NCBI GenBank assembly: GCA_951406725.2
Contig: OX597819.1
Location: forward strand, 76,942,001 to 77,006,000
Origin: Octopus vulgaris
Taxonomy: Eukaryota
Length of the DNA stretch: 64,000 bases
Reading direction: 5' to 3'
Shown piece after piece: positions 47,976 to 62,061 of the stretch (its first letter is position 1; every line of letters begins with the position of its first letter). Made by a program: the position numbers and the translations under genes. The notes below the pieces were generated by a model. The model was not told the DNA's origin. It did not search any database and saw nothing but the letters and a program-made list of their open reading frames with translations.

Positions 47976-49632
47976 TTTGTTTGTATGAGTGAATTTGTAT
48001 TGTCTCATATTCATGCATGTTTCCTGACTGTAAACAACAGTCTTACCATCAATACTGGCTTTGTTTTGCTTGTGGTCATTTGACAAAACATCTTTGGGCC
48101 TCATATGTCTTAACATGATGTGTGATGTTTGTAAAGAAAAAATTAAAATGCAAGGTGGTGCAGAAAAAATAAACGATAATTCAAATGAGGTTGTTTCCAC
48201 TTTCACAGTATAACTATATCTGGGCTGTTCCTTATTTGGTAGACTAAAGAATCATTACCATATATGGAAACAGGTGAAGGTTGTTGACAGGAAAGGCATT
48301 TGATCATAGAAAATTTGCTTCAACAAATTTCATCTAACTTATGCAAGCTTGGAAATATGGATTTTAAGTGTTTTCTATATGTATATCTATTTTATTATAG
48401 ATACTATGTATAAATATTATATATATATGTCTATATTATATCATATATATATATATATATATATAAACACACATACACATACATTATGATGCCACCTATA
48501 CATTATAGTGTATAAAATGTGTATGTATATCTATCTATCAGTATGTGTGTGTGTGTGTGTGTGTGTGATATATTTATGTATTGCTCCTGAACACTGTATA
48601 CATATATATATATCATGGGTATATAATTTATTTGTAAAACATATAAGTCAGGAAGTGCAATACTTAGACTCATTTATAAGCATTATAAAGGCTCTTTAGG
48701 CATGTACTGAAATCACTTGCTTCTTATTTCTTTAGATTTTTGATTTTTGCACTTGTGTCTCTTTTGATGAAATTGCCAGCATGTTTTTCCCCAAAAAATT
48801 TAAGGTTTTCTAAATGGTTCTTAGAACCAAGAAGTGTGTTCTCTCTAAATATAATTTTCTTTTCTAATCAGCATCTCATACGTTACATCTAAACGGTGCA
48901 AGCAAATTTGGGATGTGGCTACGTGCACAGCCTTGTCAAAGACACAGTGTTATGCCAAGGATTTTGTGCTAAGAGTTCAAGTGACTGTGAAATGCTCGGC
49001 CACTCGTATGTAATTCAATGAGTAGGTAGTACTTTTTGATCAGTTAACTGGATGGAGAATATTCATCTTTGAATCCATCAGAGGATACGGTTACATTACA
49101 AGATCTATACATCTACAAATACATGTAATACCCTAAAAATATAATAAAATATTATGCCAGAAAGAGTGCAACTAGGCAAACATTTTCATGCTCCTTTACA
49201 GTATGTTTTGAATTTATTTGATGCCATCCAACAATGATATTAAAAAAATAGATAAATAAGTAATAAAAATAGAAATAAAAATTCTTCATATTTTCAATGG
49301 AGAAAATAGATAACTTGTTCCTTTTGAATGGGAACCTCTTCACCCTTAAACTATGTAGATGGTATTTCATGAATATTAAAAGTGATACCTTGTATTTATT
49401 AGCAGGTACCATTCATCTTTGAAAATAGCATAAAATAATTTAGATAACCCCCACCATATAGTTTATTTCATTGTTTATTATTTATTTATTATTATATATA
49501 TTTTTTGACATTAAGCTACCAAAATGCTGATGGTAAAATTCTTTTCTGTTTTTGTTTTTTTTCTGACATCGTCAATACTGCAGAGAATGTGAATCAATTT
49601 GGAATTTTTCTACCAATTGCTTTTTTTTCTTA

Positions 49633-49634
<2 letters not shown>

Positions 49635-49677
<43 letters not shown>

Positions 49678-50020
49678 GTCTCCCTATCTCTCTTTTCTCT
49701 CCATTTCAATCCCCAATCTCTTCCTCCTCATCTCTCTTTCTCTCTTAATACCTATCTCTCTTTAGCTATGCCTCTCTCACTCTCTCTCTTTATCTACCTC
49801 CTTCTCTTACTGTCTCTCTCTTTCTCTATCTACCTCCCTCTCTCTGTAGCTCTGTCCCTTTCTCTATTTACCTCCATCTCTCTATAGCTCTCTCTCTTTC
49901 TCTATCTACCTCCCTCTCTCTATAGCTCTGTCTCTTTTGCTCTTTCTCTCTCTTTCTCAAGTGCCCTTGCTCTTTCTCACTCCCTTCTGCTACTTCTCTT
50001 TCTCTCTTCTTCTGTTCTCT
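49635..50020. repeat. (CT)n tract with an about 40-bp minisatellite
   Basis: tttctctatctacctccctctctctatagctc variants repeat about 4-5 times. Confidence 0.85.
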
Positions 50021-51239
50021 CCTTAACTATTTCTCTGTACTTGAACCTCACCAAATCACTAACAAGACAACCTAGCAACCAAGCATAAGACTAAAAGACT
50101 GCCTTTTTGTGAATTCTCATTTGTGCAGCTCTATAGTCAAGATAAGTTCAAATAATACACACTGACCCTGCATGACTGAGTGTAAATATACTGCGGGCTA
50201 GAGTCTTGCATATGATCATGTACAATTCATTGTAAATAGGTATCTATGTCACAAAGCTACCATAATGTAATTTGTTAGGCTAAAATGAAATCCGAAATTC
50301 TGTAAATAACCTAATTTCTAATGAGATGTTTCTAATAACAAATTAAAGCTTTGATGTCGATACAGTTAAATACAAGACCCTTATTAACCTTAATATAAAA
50401 ATTAGTGATATTAGAGACAATTTAACTAAACCTAGTGACTCATCAGACAATGGGAGATCCCCGAAGAACTAGAACTACAAGTGGAAATAACATTGATATG
50501 CTAAAGAACATAAAACTACACTAAAGAATTAACCGAAAGGTTGATTTTTTTTGAAAAAATCCGTTTTGATTCTGTATGATTTGTGCTACTTAAAGCCTAG
50601 ATGGTTTTTATTTAACTGTTGGGCTTATATTCAGAAATTCTTTTTGCTGCTGCTTAGTCTCTCATTACTCTCCTTCTTACTATTTTAGGTATTGTAGTGT
50701 AATATTTGGAGTTTGAAAGATAAGTTTGAATTACCAAAAGAACAACATCCTGGGTATTTTTGTTTTGGGGCCCCCCACCCATCTTTTCTGGTAAGTCAAG
50801 TAGAAGTTCAGTACTAGTATGCTGATATAGTCGATGAGGTGCATTTTGTTGTTTATAGCAGCATCTGAATTAGTATAATTTTTGAGGTGTCATTGTGAAG
50901 TGGCTCATGTGATGCCACTTTGAATTTGAATTGCAAATGCATTGCTTCATAGGCCATAAGTTTGTCTTCTGATGTTGTTATTGCATTGTCAGGTAGTCGT
51001 TGCATATACTGTGGCTTAGAGAAAATGCAGATTATTGAGTGTAATGCTTCATTGTTTACAGAACTCTGCTAAGTTCCGAGGTTTATATTGAAAACCCAGT
51101 TCTTTATTGTTGTTTCACAAAAGTGAGGTAGTGTAGTTAATGAGGTTTTATGCAAAGCATGGCTAGTTGCATCCTAGTTGAAACATCATTTTGCTTTTGT
51201 TGATTTGGTCCTGAAGATATGAAGGTGGATGTGCACGTG

Positions 51240-51660
51240 TCCTTTGCAACCAGTGAGATTGACACCTGTGAGATCCACTTGGTTAATGTTTCTCTTGAAC
51301 AGTTAAATTTTGACAAGGGCAGGGAGAGAATTCCAGATGGCTGATACTCTGAGGAGGTATGTTTAGCTAATCTACTCTGTACAAAGCCTAGTGTTTGGAG
51401 AATGAACACTATAGGTGACAAAGTGAGTTGAGAGTACTTAAGTGGAGGTGGCATAAGACAACCCAGCTCCAAAGAACAGAGGCCTCTGTAGTGGCAGCAT
51501 AAAAAGCAGATTAAAGAGACAGCATATCTGTAGGCCCAAGGTTTGTAAGGGGTTAATGAAGGACTTCATACCAGCCATGTATTTTTTAAAATTTAGTCCT
51601 GAGATGTTTGTATAGGTGGTGGCAGCAATATTCTAGATGTGAGACCAGTACTGAAGTGTA
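51240..51660 (-). pseudogene. Decayed CR1/L2-group LINE C-terminal fragment
   Basis: Minus strand gives ..RYAVSLICFLCCHYRGLCSLELGCLMPPPL.. and, frameshifted, RVSAIWNSLP. This resembles the LFYRYYxGxCSxEL..PP and WNSLP motifs of CR1-group ORF2. Confidence 0.65.
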
Positions 51661-52707
51661 TTGTTTTTTAGAAAAAATCTCTGGCACAGAGATGGAACTC
51701 CTTACTCATAAATCTGGGATTTACATTCTTTCTACATTTTGGTTTAGTCAGGGATCAAACTACCAGTAGTGAAATTAAATAAAAACGGAAATATATCTCG
51801 GGACAGAAGAAAGTAAGGTCTTGGGTTTGCTCCTAGTTACAGCTATCAGAAAGGGGTTTTTAGTGTTCAGTTAAAAAAATTATCTCAGTTGTTTTTCAAT
51901 TGTAAAGCATATAGGTACCATCCTTTTGAACCTTTGTGTAAAACGTAAACTAATGAAATTTGCCAAAGTGATTTTGCTTATTGTTAGACACATTAAACAT
52001 GTGGGTGGAAATTTTGCTTAGGTTGTTGAAATGTTTTCTGAAGCAGTAATTATTAGTGCTTGAAGTTCTGAAGTAGCTTAATCTTCATTCATGTAGGAGT
52101 TGAAGTTCTAGGAAACCATTCATAGAAGGAATTCTTATCTTTCTCCCCTTAAACTTGGTGATAGTGAAACTTTATAAAGCTGATTATTAGTTTCACCTGC
52201 TTGCTGTTGATACAAATGTATGTTATCTTCTACAAAGAGGAAGATAGAACAAATAACTGTTGTTATTGAATACCTCGGTGAAAAGTCCACTGAAAATAGT
52301 ATTTTGATACTGCTTTAGCCTTGAAGCAATACCAGGTAATTAGTAAAAGCTGCTCTAACTTTGTTGAAATAACTCCACCACACCTTAAATAAATAGATGA
52401 ATGAATGGATTGTTAAATAAATAAATAAATAAATAAGCAATGAAACATTGAAATGTGGAATATTTAAAATATCTTTTAAAGCTATTGGCAAAATAATAAT
52501 AATGTTTCTGGTTATTTGGAAAATAGATCACTGTTCTACATAAAGTGATCTGTTGCCAATCTTTCTAAAGCTTCTCATAAATCATTTATCACTGGAAAGA
52601 ATTTTTTTTTATGTATTGTTATTGTTTATAGTTAATATTTTTTTTTTTGCCAGTCTGTCATCTGATCTTTGTGAATCTATGATAAAACTACACCTTGTAT
52701 TAGACAC

Positions 52708-52856
<149 letters not shown>

Positions 52857-53873
52857 CACAGACTTCAGTCTATTTTGTTTACTCCTACTTTCTGTAGTTT
52901 TGTTTTTGATCTGTTGCAACAACAAAAACTAGATCATAGTTGTTGAACTGGTCTTTTGGTTTACCTTTTTTTCTCTTCTTCCACCTCTTCTAACAATATG
53001 AACAACCATTTTTGCTTTCAGCTTTTTTTTTTTTTAATAATTTTTCTCAAAAGTTAGCAATTATCTAAAGTTTGCTAAGTCTATTTTTTTCTTTTCGATT
53101 TTCATCTAATAATAGAATTCTATTTGATTTATTATCATATCTAGCTACTAAATATGTAATTTATTTTGAAATAGTCAAATTCTGTGATTGAATAGTTCTT
53201 TTATTCCACATACATCATTGTATTCTGACAAAAATAATGATATAAATAAATAGATAAAATAAAATAAAATACAACAAATCCCCAATTTAAAAGAAAATTA
53301 TACACACACAAAATTTTTCCTTTAAGTGAACTTTTCAATTGCCTTTTACTTGTCTGTTTTATTTAATTTTTCACTGTTTATTAATAACTATTTTCAATTC
53401 CATGAAAATGTTGTGTTGTGTTTTTTTTTTATACCATTTTTCCTATTCACAAATGAAATAAATCTTAAGTGAACAAATTGAAAAGTTTATTTATAATGTT
53501 GTTTTAAAGTGCGCGTATAAATTTTCAAAACTGACTGAGCTTAAGCAATCTCAGATTGCTGTTTAGTTTTACAAACACTGATAATTTTGTGTAAAGAAGT
53601 ATTTTGTATTGATATGACCAAGTAGAATTACACTGCAATCCACAATACCACATTATTGTATTTTCTGGCATGCAAGTTGAGATTTTCAAACTAGAATTTA
53701 CAGAATAAAAAAGGAAGCGGAGTAGATCAATTTACACAAGACAACTTTGGAGGACCAAAACCTCCTTGTGATATGCAATAGGATTTGGAAAAATACTGAT
53801 GATGTTTGAATGTATATACTACATTATGCTAGCATGGAGAACGGACGTTAAACGATGATGATGATGATGATGA

Positions 53874-54090
53874 TGAGGGGGTGCTGAAAAGTTCCTGGCT
53901 TTGGGTAAAAGAAAATAAAGGAGGATCATTTAATTATGATTTTATTCAATGTATTTCCCTCTCAGATCAAAACACTTATTGCAGCAGTCCTTCAGTTTTT
54001 CTAAGCCCTATAAAAGAACTCAAAAGTTTGCACCTCCAGCTAGACTTTTCACGATACCCTTAAAGCCAGAAACTTTTCAGCATCCCCTTG
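53874..54090 (-). mobile_element. Tc1/mariner-derived MITE retaining the transposase C-terminus
   Basis: TIRs gagggggtgctgaaaagttcctggcttt / aaagccagaaacttttcagcatccccttg. Minus strand 54007-53942 encodes GLEKLKDCCNKCFDLRGKYIE*, like the mariner end GIxKLxxRWxKCxxxxGxYxE. Confidence 0.82.
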
Positions 54091-54679
54091 TGTATACTAC
54101 ATTGGCTTGCATGCAGGAAAATATGGTATCTCAAATTTGGTGTGTCATCTGATGTCAGTATGCTGCTACCATACTTGACTTTCTTGGTTTGTTGTCTCAT
54201 AGATTCTTCTGTAATCACCAATCACAACCAACACTATTTATGTGGAGTTGCTTGGAGAAACTGTGAAATATTTTCATCATTGATTGGCTCTGTAAAATAC
54301 ATGAACTACAGGCTGGTTATACCAGTGGGGTGTGTGAGAAAAATGAAGATTTACATAAGAATGGTCACCTTATTATATTGAAGAGATGCAGGTGTTATGG
54401 TTATGAAGCTGAATTCTTGACTACCCACTCGAGAAAACTTTACCACTTACTTTTATATTTAGTTTCTTTAATCTTATTTTTATTTTGGACAACAAAAATT
54501 TTAAAGGATGAGTATTTCTCTTCTGTACCCTGATGAGGTTGTTTTGTCCCCCAAGACATCTCCAGTAAAGCAGGTTTATAATAGAAGGCATTCCAGCTGC
54601 CCTATCACCACCACCTTTCTTTTTCAGGGATAAAGTACCTGAGGTTTTATTACACAATGTGTCTTTTTTTTTTTTTTAA

Positions 54680-54985
54680 GTGCTTCAGTCATTGGACTGT
54701 GGTTATGCTGGGGCACTGCCTTGAAGGGTTTTAGTTGAATGAATTGATTATGGTACTTCTTTTTGTCTTTTAAGCCTAATACTTATTTATAGGTTTCTTT
54801 TGTTTGACTGCTAGGTTACAGGATATCAAGAAACCAACACTGGTTGTCAAACACACACACACGCAAAACCACTTACAAGGTTTTGGTTGGCCTGGGGTTG
54901 TGCTAGAAGACACTTGCATAAAAGGGATTGAACCCAGAACCATGTGGTTTGGGAAGCCTATTTCTTAGCACAACATCATACTTGT
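54680..54985 (-). mobile_element. SINE family A, diverged
   Basis: ttcagtcattggactgtgg ... agaagacacttgc ... gaacccagaaccatgtggtt. Confidence 0.75.
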
Positions 54986-55679
54986 GACCTTCAAAATTTT
55001 TATTGTGGTAGATAGCACTTTAAGAAGATATGTCTGTTGTCCTTCATAGCTTTGAGCAACTCTACATTTACATGTTTGTGTTCCTACACACACACATACA
55101 CCGGTAGGCTCCCTTGTTGCTTCCGTTCTGTGTTTGAATCCTACTGTTTGTTGTTGACAACTGTAGTACTACTATTGTGCTGTATAGTATTTCTGTCAAA
55201 ATAGATTATTGTTCTCCCTGCTCAAGCATATAAGTATATAACAGGCTGAGAAGGCTATGCTATCTGTTTATTTTATTGATAATTTATGTCAAATTGACCT
55301 GGTTGGTGGTAACTCCTTGAATTTAGGGTGGAGGTAATTCTTGTTTAGTTCTCAATGTAGCTTGCATAATATATGTATATATATATATATATATATATTT
55401 ATGATTTGTGTTGAAGCAGAAATATCCTGAGCGTTGTTAGTAATTGACCTCCTATTGTTAAGCCTGTTGTTTGTTGGGGAAATTTGAATTTAAGAAAATG
55501 GGAATTATATACACATATGTATATACATACATACGTATAAATATATACATAAATATGTGTGAATGAAGTTCAAGGAAAATAAAATAACTAAAATACAAGC
55601 AAGGAAAATCAATTTCTGCTTGTTTGCTTTTCTTCTTTTTGTTATGTTTTTATTGATTTTGAAGATGTTTGTGGACAGA

Positions 55680-55894
55680 GATATGTGTGTGTGTGTGCAT
55701 ATATATATTTATATATATATATATATACATACACGCATAGAAACATATTCACGTGTGTCTGCAAATATATGTGTGTGTGTGTATATATATATGTGTGTGT
55801 GTATGTATGTATATGCATCTACATAAATGTATATATATATATATATATATGAATACACAGACACATAACTCTCACTCTCTCTATATTATATATA

Positions 55895-55939
<45 letters not shown>

Positions 55940-56110
55940 ATATTTGTATGGACTGAATCATGATCCATTCAATATTCCGTTGATTTATTCTCCTTGTTTA
56001 TTTATCTAATTATTTAATATAAATATGTACACTGAGAGAAACATACACACACATACATACACACACATACATACACACACACACACATACACACACATAC
56101 ACTAAGTTGT
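55680..56110. repeat. Compound (TA)n/(GT)n/(CA)n microsatellites
   Basis: Seen directly. Confidence 0.9.
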
Positions 56111-57704
56111 GTGTAAAAGAAGTACATTGTGCTAGCTTTGAGTCTGAATATTCTAACAGGAAAGATTTATTTATTTCAATTAACCATATGCATATATGTG
56201 TATATATATATGTGTGCGTGGCTTGGCGGTCTTTTATGTCTTGTTTCAAGAGAACAGCTGGCTATATAGCGCAATGTGGGATGACAAAAAAACAAAAACA
56301 TAGAAATCAGTTAAAGTATGTTTCTTCAACAGCAATATGTTAAATTTAGTAAAGAAAAAAAAAAGAAAACGAAAAAAAAAAAAAAAATGAATCAAAATAT
56401 ATAATAAAATGAATGTAAATCTATCAACAAAACTAAAAATAAAAAAAAAAAGAAAAGAAATCTCAGATTTTGTGTAATGTTGTACTTTTACAGAGATTTC
56501 AATACTTTGAGAAATAACATCTTTTCAGAGTCAGTTGTTACATTATTTAATTTTAATGTTTTTTTTTCTTTTTTTATTCATTTGGTTCCCTATTCTTTGA
56601 CTGTCGTAGAATACTCTCTCTGCTTGTGAGTCGTGAATTGTACACTTTTCCTCAAAAAGCATTTATAGTAGATTTTTTTTTTGTTTTTGGTTTTATTTGT
56701 TTATATATGTTAAATTTTTACCTGTTGTCTGCCAATCTGCTCATAGTGAATTCATCGGCTGGGTGGGCGCTTAAATTCACAACATCTGGAGATTGATTGC
56801 TTTAACACTGTTATAGGAAAAAGATATTTGGAATGTGTATAGGGGCTGGTTTGGGGGAAAGGCATCTTCTTTAAAAAGAAAAACATGTACGTAACTAAAT
56901 AAAAAACACATAGCTAAACAAATATCATTTCAAGGAAATAGAATTCTCATAGCATAAAATCAAATTTATGGTTTTTTCAATAATAGTATGCTTTTTTCAT
57001 TTTGATGTTGTTGTTGTTATTGCTATTTTAATATTTTTGCTTTGGAAATATTATTTTATGATTTTGTGATAAAAAAAAAAGAAATTGATCTGATAGGAAA
57101 GAAGTAATTTCTTTAGTTGTCGTAGACATTCTTCTATATGAATTAATGTTCTTAACTTCATATAGTGAATATTACATCAATTTCATAGCATTAATGTTGC
57201 TGGTGTTATTTAGCTCCAGATTAACTTTACTCAAACAGATTGATTATCAAAAGTGTTCCAGCTATCACCACCCTTCCCTGTCTCTCTCTCTCTCTCTCAC
57301 TCTACCCCCTCCAGATGTTATGAATTTGAAAATGGTACCCATGAATCGTAGTCATGGTTGATGCTGGTACCATGTAAATGGCACCCGTGAATCATAGTTG
57401 TGGTCTTTGCTGGTGCCATAGCACCTGTATTGGTGGTACGTAGAAGCACCCATTACACTCCGAAAGCGGCTGGTATTAGGAAGGGCATCAAGCTGTAGAA
57501 ACTATGCCAAATCAGACTGGAAGCCGATGCAGCTCTCTGGCTTATCAGCTCCCATCAAACCATCTAACCCATGCCAACATGAAGAGTAGATATTTGATGA
57601 TGATTATGAAGTCAAATATGTATTTCCGTTTTGAGACAATATAGTGTAATTGGAGCAAGATTTGACTGCTATTTGTGGCAGAGTGACTGATCATGTAGAT
57701 ATTA

Positions 57705-58930
57705 CCTTTTGTGGGGCTCTAAGGGCCTTAGAGTCAATCTGGCAAAAACCAAAGTCTTAGTAAATAAGAAAGCAGACAAATCACAAATGCCTTCAGGTAG
57801 ATGGCCCTACTCAATCTGTAGAAAAGGCATAGGTAGAAACTCCATAAGATGTACCTTGTGTAAGCTATGGACGCATAAGAAGTGCAGCAATATCAAAGGG
57901 AGGTTAACTAGGAAGATAGTTTTGTGTGTTGCAGATGCACAGGGGCAATAAACATTGAAGATGTACAAAAAACAGATTCCATCACAAGCCAAGGGAAAAA
58001 AAACTAGAAGTAATTGATAGCTTCTGTTACCTAGATTACCAAGCCAGTAGTTGGGGTGGATGCTCTGAGAGTGTAGCTGCCAGAATAAGAATAGCCTGGG
58101 CAAAGTTCAGAAAGCTCCTACCTCTGCTGGTAACAAAGGGCCTCCCACTCAGAGTGAAAAGTAGACTGTATGATGCATGTGTGCAAACAGCCATGCTTCA
58201 CAGCAGTGAGATATGGGCTGCGACTGCTAAGGACATGAATAAGTTTGAAAGAAATGAAACTAGTATGCTCTGCTAGATGTGTAATGTCAGTGTGCATACA
58301 CAACAGAGTGTAAGTGCCCTGGGAGAAAAGTTGGATGTAAGAAACATCAGATGTGGTGTTCAAGAGACAACTGCACTGGTACAGTCAAGTGTTACATATG
58401 GATGAGGACAGCTGTGGAAGAGGTAGACCCAGGAAGACATGGAATGGGGTAACAAAGCATGACCTCTGAATGTTGGACCTCACAGAGGCAATGCCAAGCA
58501 ACTGAGACCTTTGGAGATATGCTTTGCTTGAGAAGACCTAGCAAGCCAAGTGAGCTCGTAGCTGTAGCCACTGCCAGTGTCACATAACTGGCCCGTTTAG
58601 AAGTACCTGTCAATCATCAGACAATACGCTGTGCTTGAGAAGACCTATTGAGTCAAGTGAAATTTTAGTCATGGGTGATGCCAGTTCTGCCTGACTGGCA
58701 CCAGTGCTGGTGGTATGTAAAAAGCACTATTCAAGTGTGGTCAATGCCAGTGCCACCTGACTGGTTCCTATGCCAATGGCACATAAAAAGCACCATCCAA
58801 GTACGATTGATGCCAGTACCACCTGACTGGCTTCCGAGCCGGTGGCATGTAAAAAGCACCATTTGAGTGTAGTCAGTGTCAGTGGCGTTTGACTGGCCCC
58901 TGTGCTGGTGGCATGTAAAAAGCATCAAGA
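57705..58930 (+). mobile_element. RTE-clade LINE 3' relic (RT C-terminus with Cys/His insert, plus tandem-repeat 3' UTR)
   Basis: SKGLRVNLAKTKVLV..WPxSICRKGIGRNSIRCTLCKLWTHKKCS, LEVIDSFCYL, RIRIAWAKFR and LRVKSRLYDACV..MLHSSEIWA, with stops and frameshifts. Followed by about 60-bp gccagt.ccacctgactggc..ggtggcatgtaaaaagcacc units. Confidence 0.85.
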
Positions 58931-61104
58931 CGAATGTAAAATACTGTGTATGAGTCTCTAGCATCTGGTATAAACATTAAGTAGTAGCCTAGTACTTAAT
59001 GTTTTTATGTGTATATATATTTTAATTAAGTATGGAGCTGGAGATTTTTAAAGAAGTGCTAAGTTGTCATTAATGCCTTTCTTCCCGTGGTAGTTACAGT
59101 TATAATTATTATTCCATTTATGTCTTGGATTTAATGATTGATTATTAAATTGACTCAATGTGACTGCTATTCTATTTTATTAACCCCACTAGAAGAATGA
59201 AAGGTAAACTTGACCTTGCTGGGATTTGAACTCAGGGTTGTTGCTAAATTCTCTTTGTCATTCTGTGATTAAATGACACTACCAACCCACCACTTTTAAC
59301 AATGGTCTCTAACACAGGGTGCACAAAGGCCACAGATGATATCTTATTTATTGCATCAATAACATTTTGAACATAATATTTTGTAATCCATAACCATTCG
59401 AAATGTTGACCATAAACTGTAAGAATGTGAAAACTCAACCGTTTCTCTTAATTGGGAATCATTGATGACAACGGTTTGGCAGTGAGGAGGTGGAAGAGGA
59501 GGCAAAAGAAAGGAATTACTACAGTTGTTAACTGTAATACATTTTCAGAAGAGCGTTGCAAACATGAACCGATTGTTTTTTTTATATTTCAATTTTATTG
59601 GTGATTAATTTTTTTTTTTTCCTCTCTTCCTCAACTTGCTTCTAGCAGCCTACAATGGTAGCAGCATCATCACCGCTACCATCACCACCATAAACAGTAG
59701 TAACACTACTGTTAGCTAGCAATAACATTGTATATTGGTGATGTTTGCAAGGAAACAATTAAGTGAAATGTGATGTGTTTCTTCTTTTTATCCTGCTGAT
59801 TTATAGTCTTATCACTTGAGTTGCGATGGAAGGCACTGCAGCTGTGTTGATAGTTATTAATTGAATGAATTGATTGAATATTTTTACTACAGCATAAGTA
59901 AACATATCACTAAGGGTGAAATGCACAATGTGAGAATTCTCAACAGCGCTTTCTTTCATTTATTGTCTCCCCATCCCATTTTATTTGTTACGTTGCAAAA
60001 AAAAGTGATAAGAAATTCTTATTGTTGCTTCATGATATGATAACAGAGTGTTTTGTAATCAGACAAATCGAATTTGGTCATTCCTTATGTCAGCTTTCCT
60101 TCTTACAACATTTCTCCACTTTTTATATTTATCCCCCCCCCCCCGTTAGCAGTTTTTGTGACTGTAAAAAATGCGTGGCTTAGTGGTTAGGGTGTTGCAC
60201 TCTCAATTTCAATATTGTGGTTTCACTAACATGGCCCTTGTGGTGCACTGTATTTTCAAGCAAAATGCTTCATTCACATTGCTCTAGTTCACTCTCCCTA
60301 CAGATTTTCTCTAGAAATTATAACCAGCTCTGGTTTGTTAAGTTTCGTATCTAAATATGTCTAAAGATAGAAAAATAGGTGTTTATGGATATTTCAGGAG
60401 TCCTTGCTTCTTCTTCAGCACCACAGCCACCCCGTTAACCATCCACACACTCATTGCTTAGATAGCTACAAGTAATTAATACTCAGCTGTAAATGAGTTC
60501 TAGCAACAGTTGGGAAGTTAGCCTTGTGACAGATTGGCATCCTATCCAGTAAGGTAGAATATTGAAATCTCATTCACTATGGAAACTGAATTAAACACTA
60601 GTTTTATGAGTCTCCTCGGGTCTCATGAAAAGAAAAGACAAAAAAGTTTTTCAATTTATCAATAAAATATTTTTGTGCCATTTTTTAAAATCTCCTCTTT
60701 CTACCTTAAGATGGACAAACATCCAAAACATTTGACTTTGGCTTTGCACCACTATACATATTTTGTTGTTTGAACTATTTATATTACATCTTTCCTAACA
60801 TGGAACCTCTATAGTTAGTTCATAGTCTACTGTTTTCTTGTATTTATATAAAATAGTATTTGAGGAGAAAGCAGAACTCATGTGCTGCATTAGAAGTCGT
60901 TTTGAATTTGACATGGTGTAATATTAGTGTAGACTTTTGAACATGTTCTGAAGATGAAATTAATATTTTTCTTAGCATACAGTTTGACTGGAATGAGGAT
61001 ACAAAAAAAAAAAATGAGGAAAAAATTAAATAAAAATTTAAAGTCAAAAAGAAAGCAGATGCAACTTTTAGGTGACTATTTTATGTGTAATTAACTTTCT
61101 CATT

Positions 61105-61141
<37 letters not shown>

Positions 61142-61777
61142 GAGTGGGTGTGTGATAAAAAGTTTGCTTTCCAGCCACATGGTTCTGGGTTCAGTCCCAC
61201 TGTGTTGCACCTTGGGCAACTGTTTTTTTTTTTTATGAGGCTGATCAAGGCCTTTTGAATGAATTTAGTAGACAGAAACTGAAGGAACCCTATGGTGTTT
61301 ATATAAATATATGTGTGTGTGTGTGTGTACACATGCATGGGGAAATATTACCTTTGCCTAGAAACAGGTGAGCACTGGTGATAGGAAGGGTGTCTGGCAG
61401 TATGATGTATACTATAGATATAGTTTCTCAACCACTCAGTCACAAGGTCTTGGGTTCAATCTCATAGCAAGGTGTCTTGGATGATGTTATTTTCTGTGAA
61501 CTCATTGCTATTGAGTAAAATTGGGTAGACATAAACTGTATAGGGGATCATTGGGTGGATTGTACTTCTGATTCAAAGGTACAGCCTTGTCACACAGTAT
61601 ACATACTGATTCTGTATGAGAATTACATTCAGGGTGCTTGCGTGTGTGAAATGCTCAGCTGTTACACATTAATTCATGAGCAGACATTTCATTTAATCAG
61701 ATAAGTGAACATTCATCATTGAACAACAGACACCTATCACTATAATACATGCATATGTGTATGTGAGGGTGTATATG

Positions 61778-61810
<33 letters not shown>

Positions 61811-61868
61811 TTGGACTTGGTTTGCAAGATTAAGAATCTTGCAAATATATGAGTTCGTGTGTTGAAGC

Positions 61869-62061
61869 ATATTCTGTTGTGTCTGAGGACAGTCATTTTC
61901 TTTTTGTGCCTTATAATGTAACACCACTCACTGGTAAAATTTCCACTTCTTTCTTATTTTTATTTTCCTAAAAATAAGAAACAAGTGGAAATTTTATCAG
62001 TGAGTGTGTTATATTATAAAGCACAAAAAGAAAATGACTCTCCCCAGACAAAACATAATAT
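61869..62061. repeat. Fold-back palindrome with about 94-bp arms and a 6-nt loop, inside microsatellite flanks
   Basis: 61869-61962 matches the reverse complement of 61969-62061 with roughly 10 differences. Confidence 0.9.
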
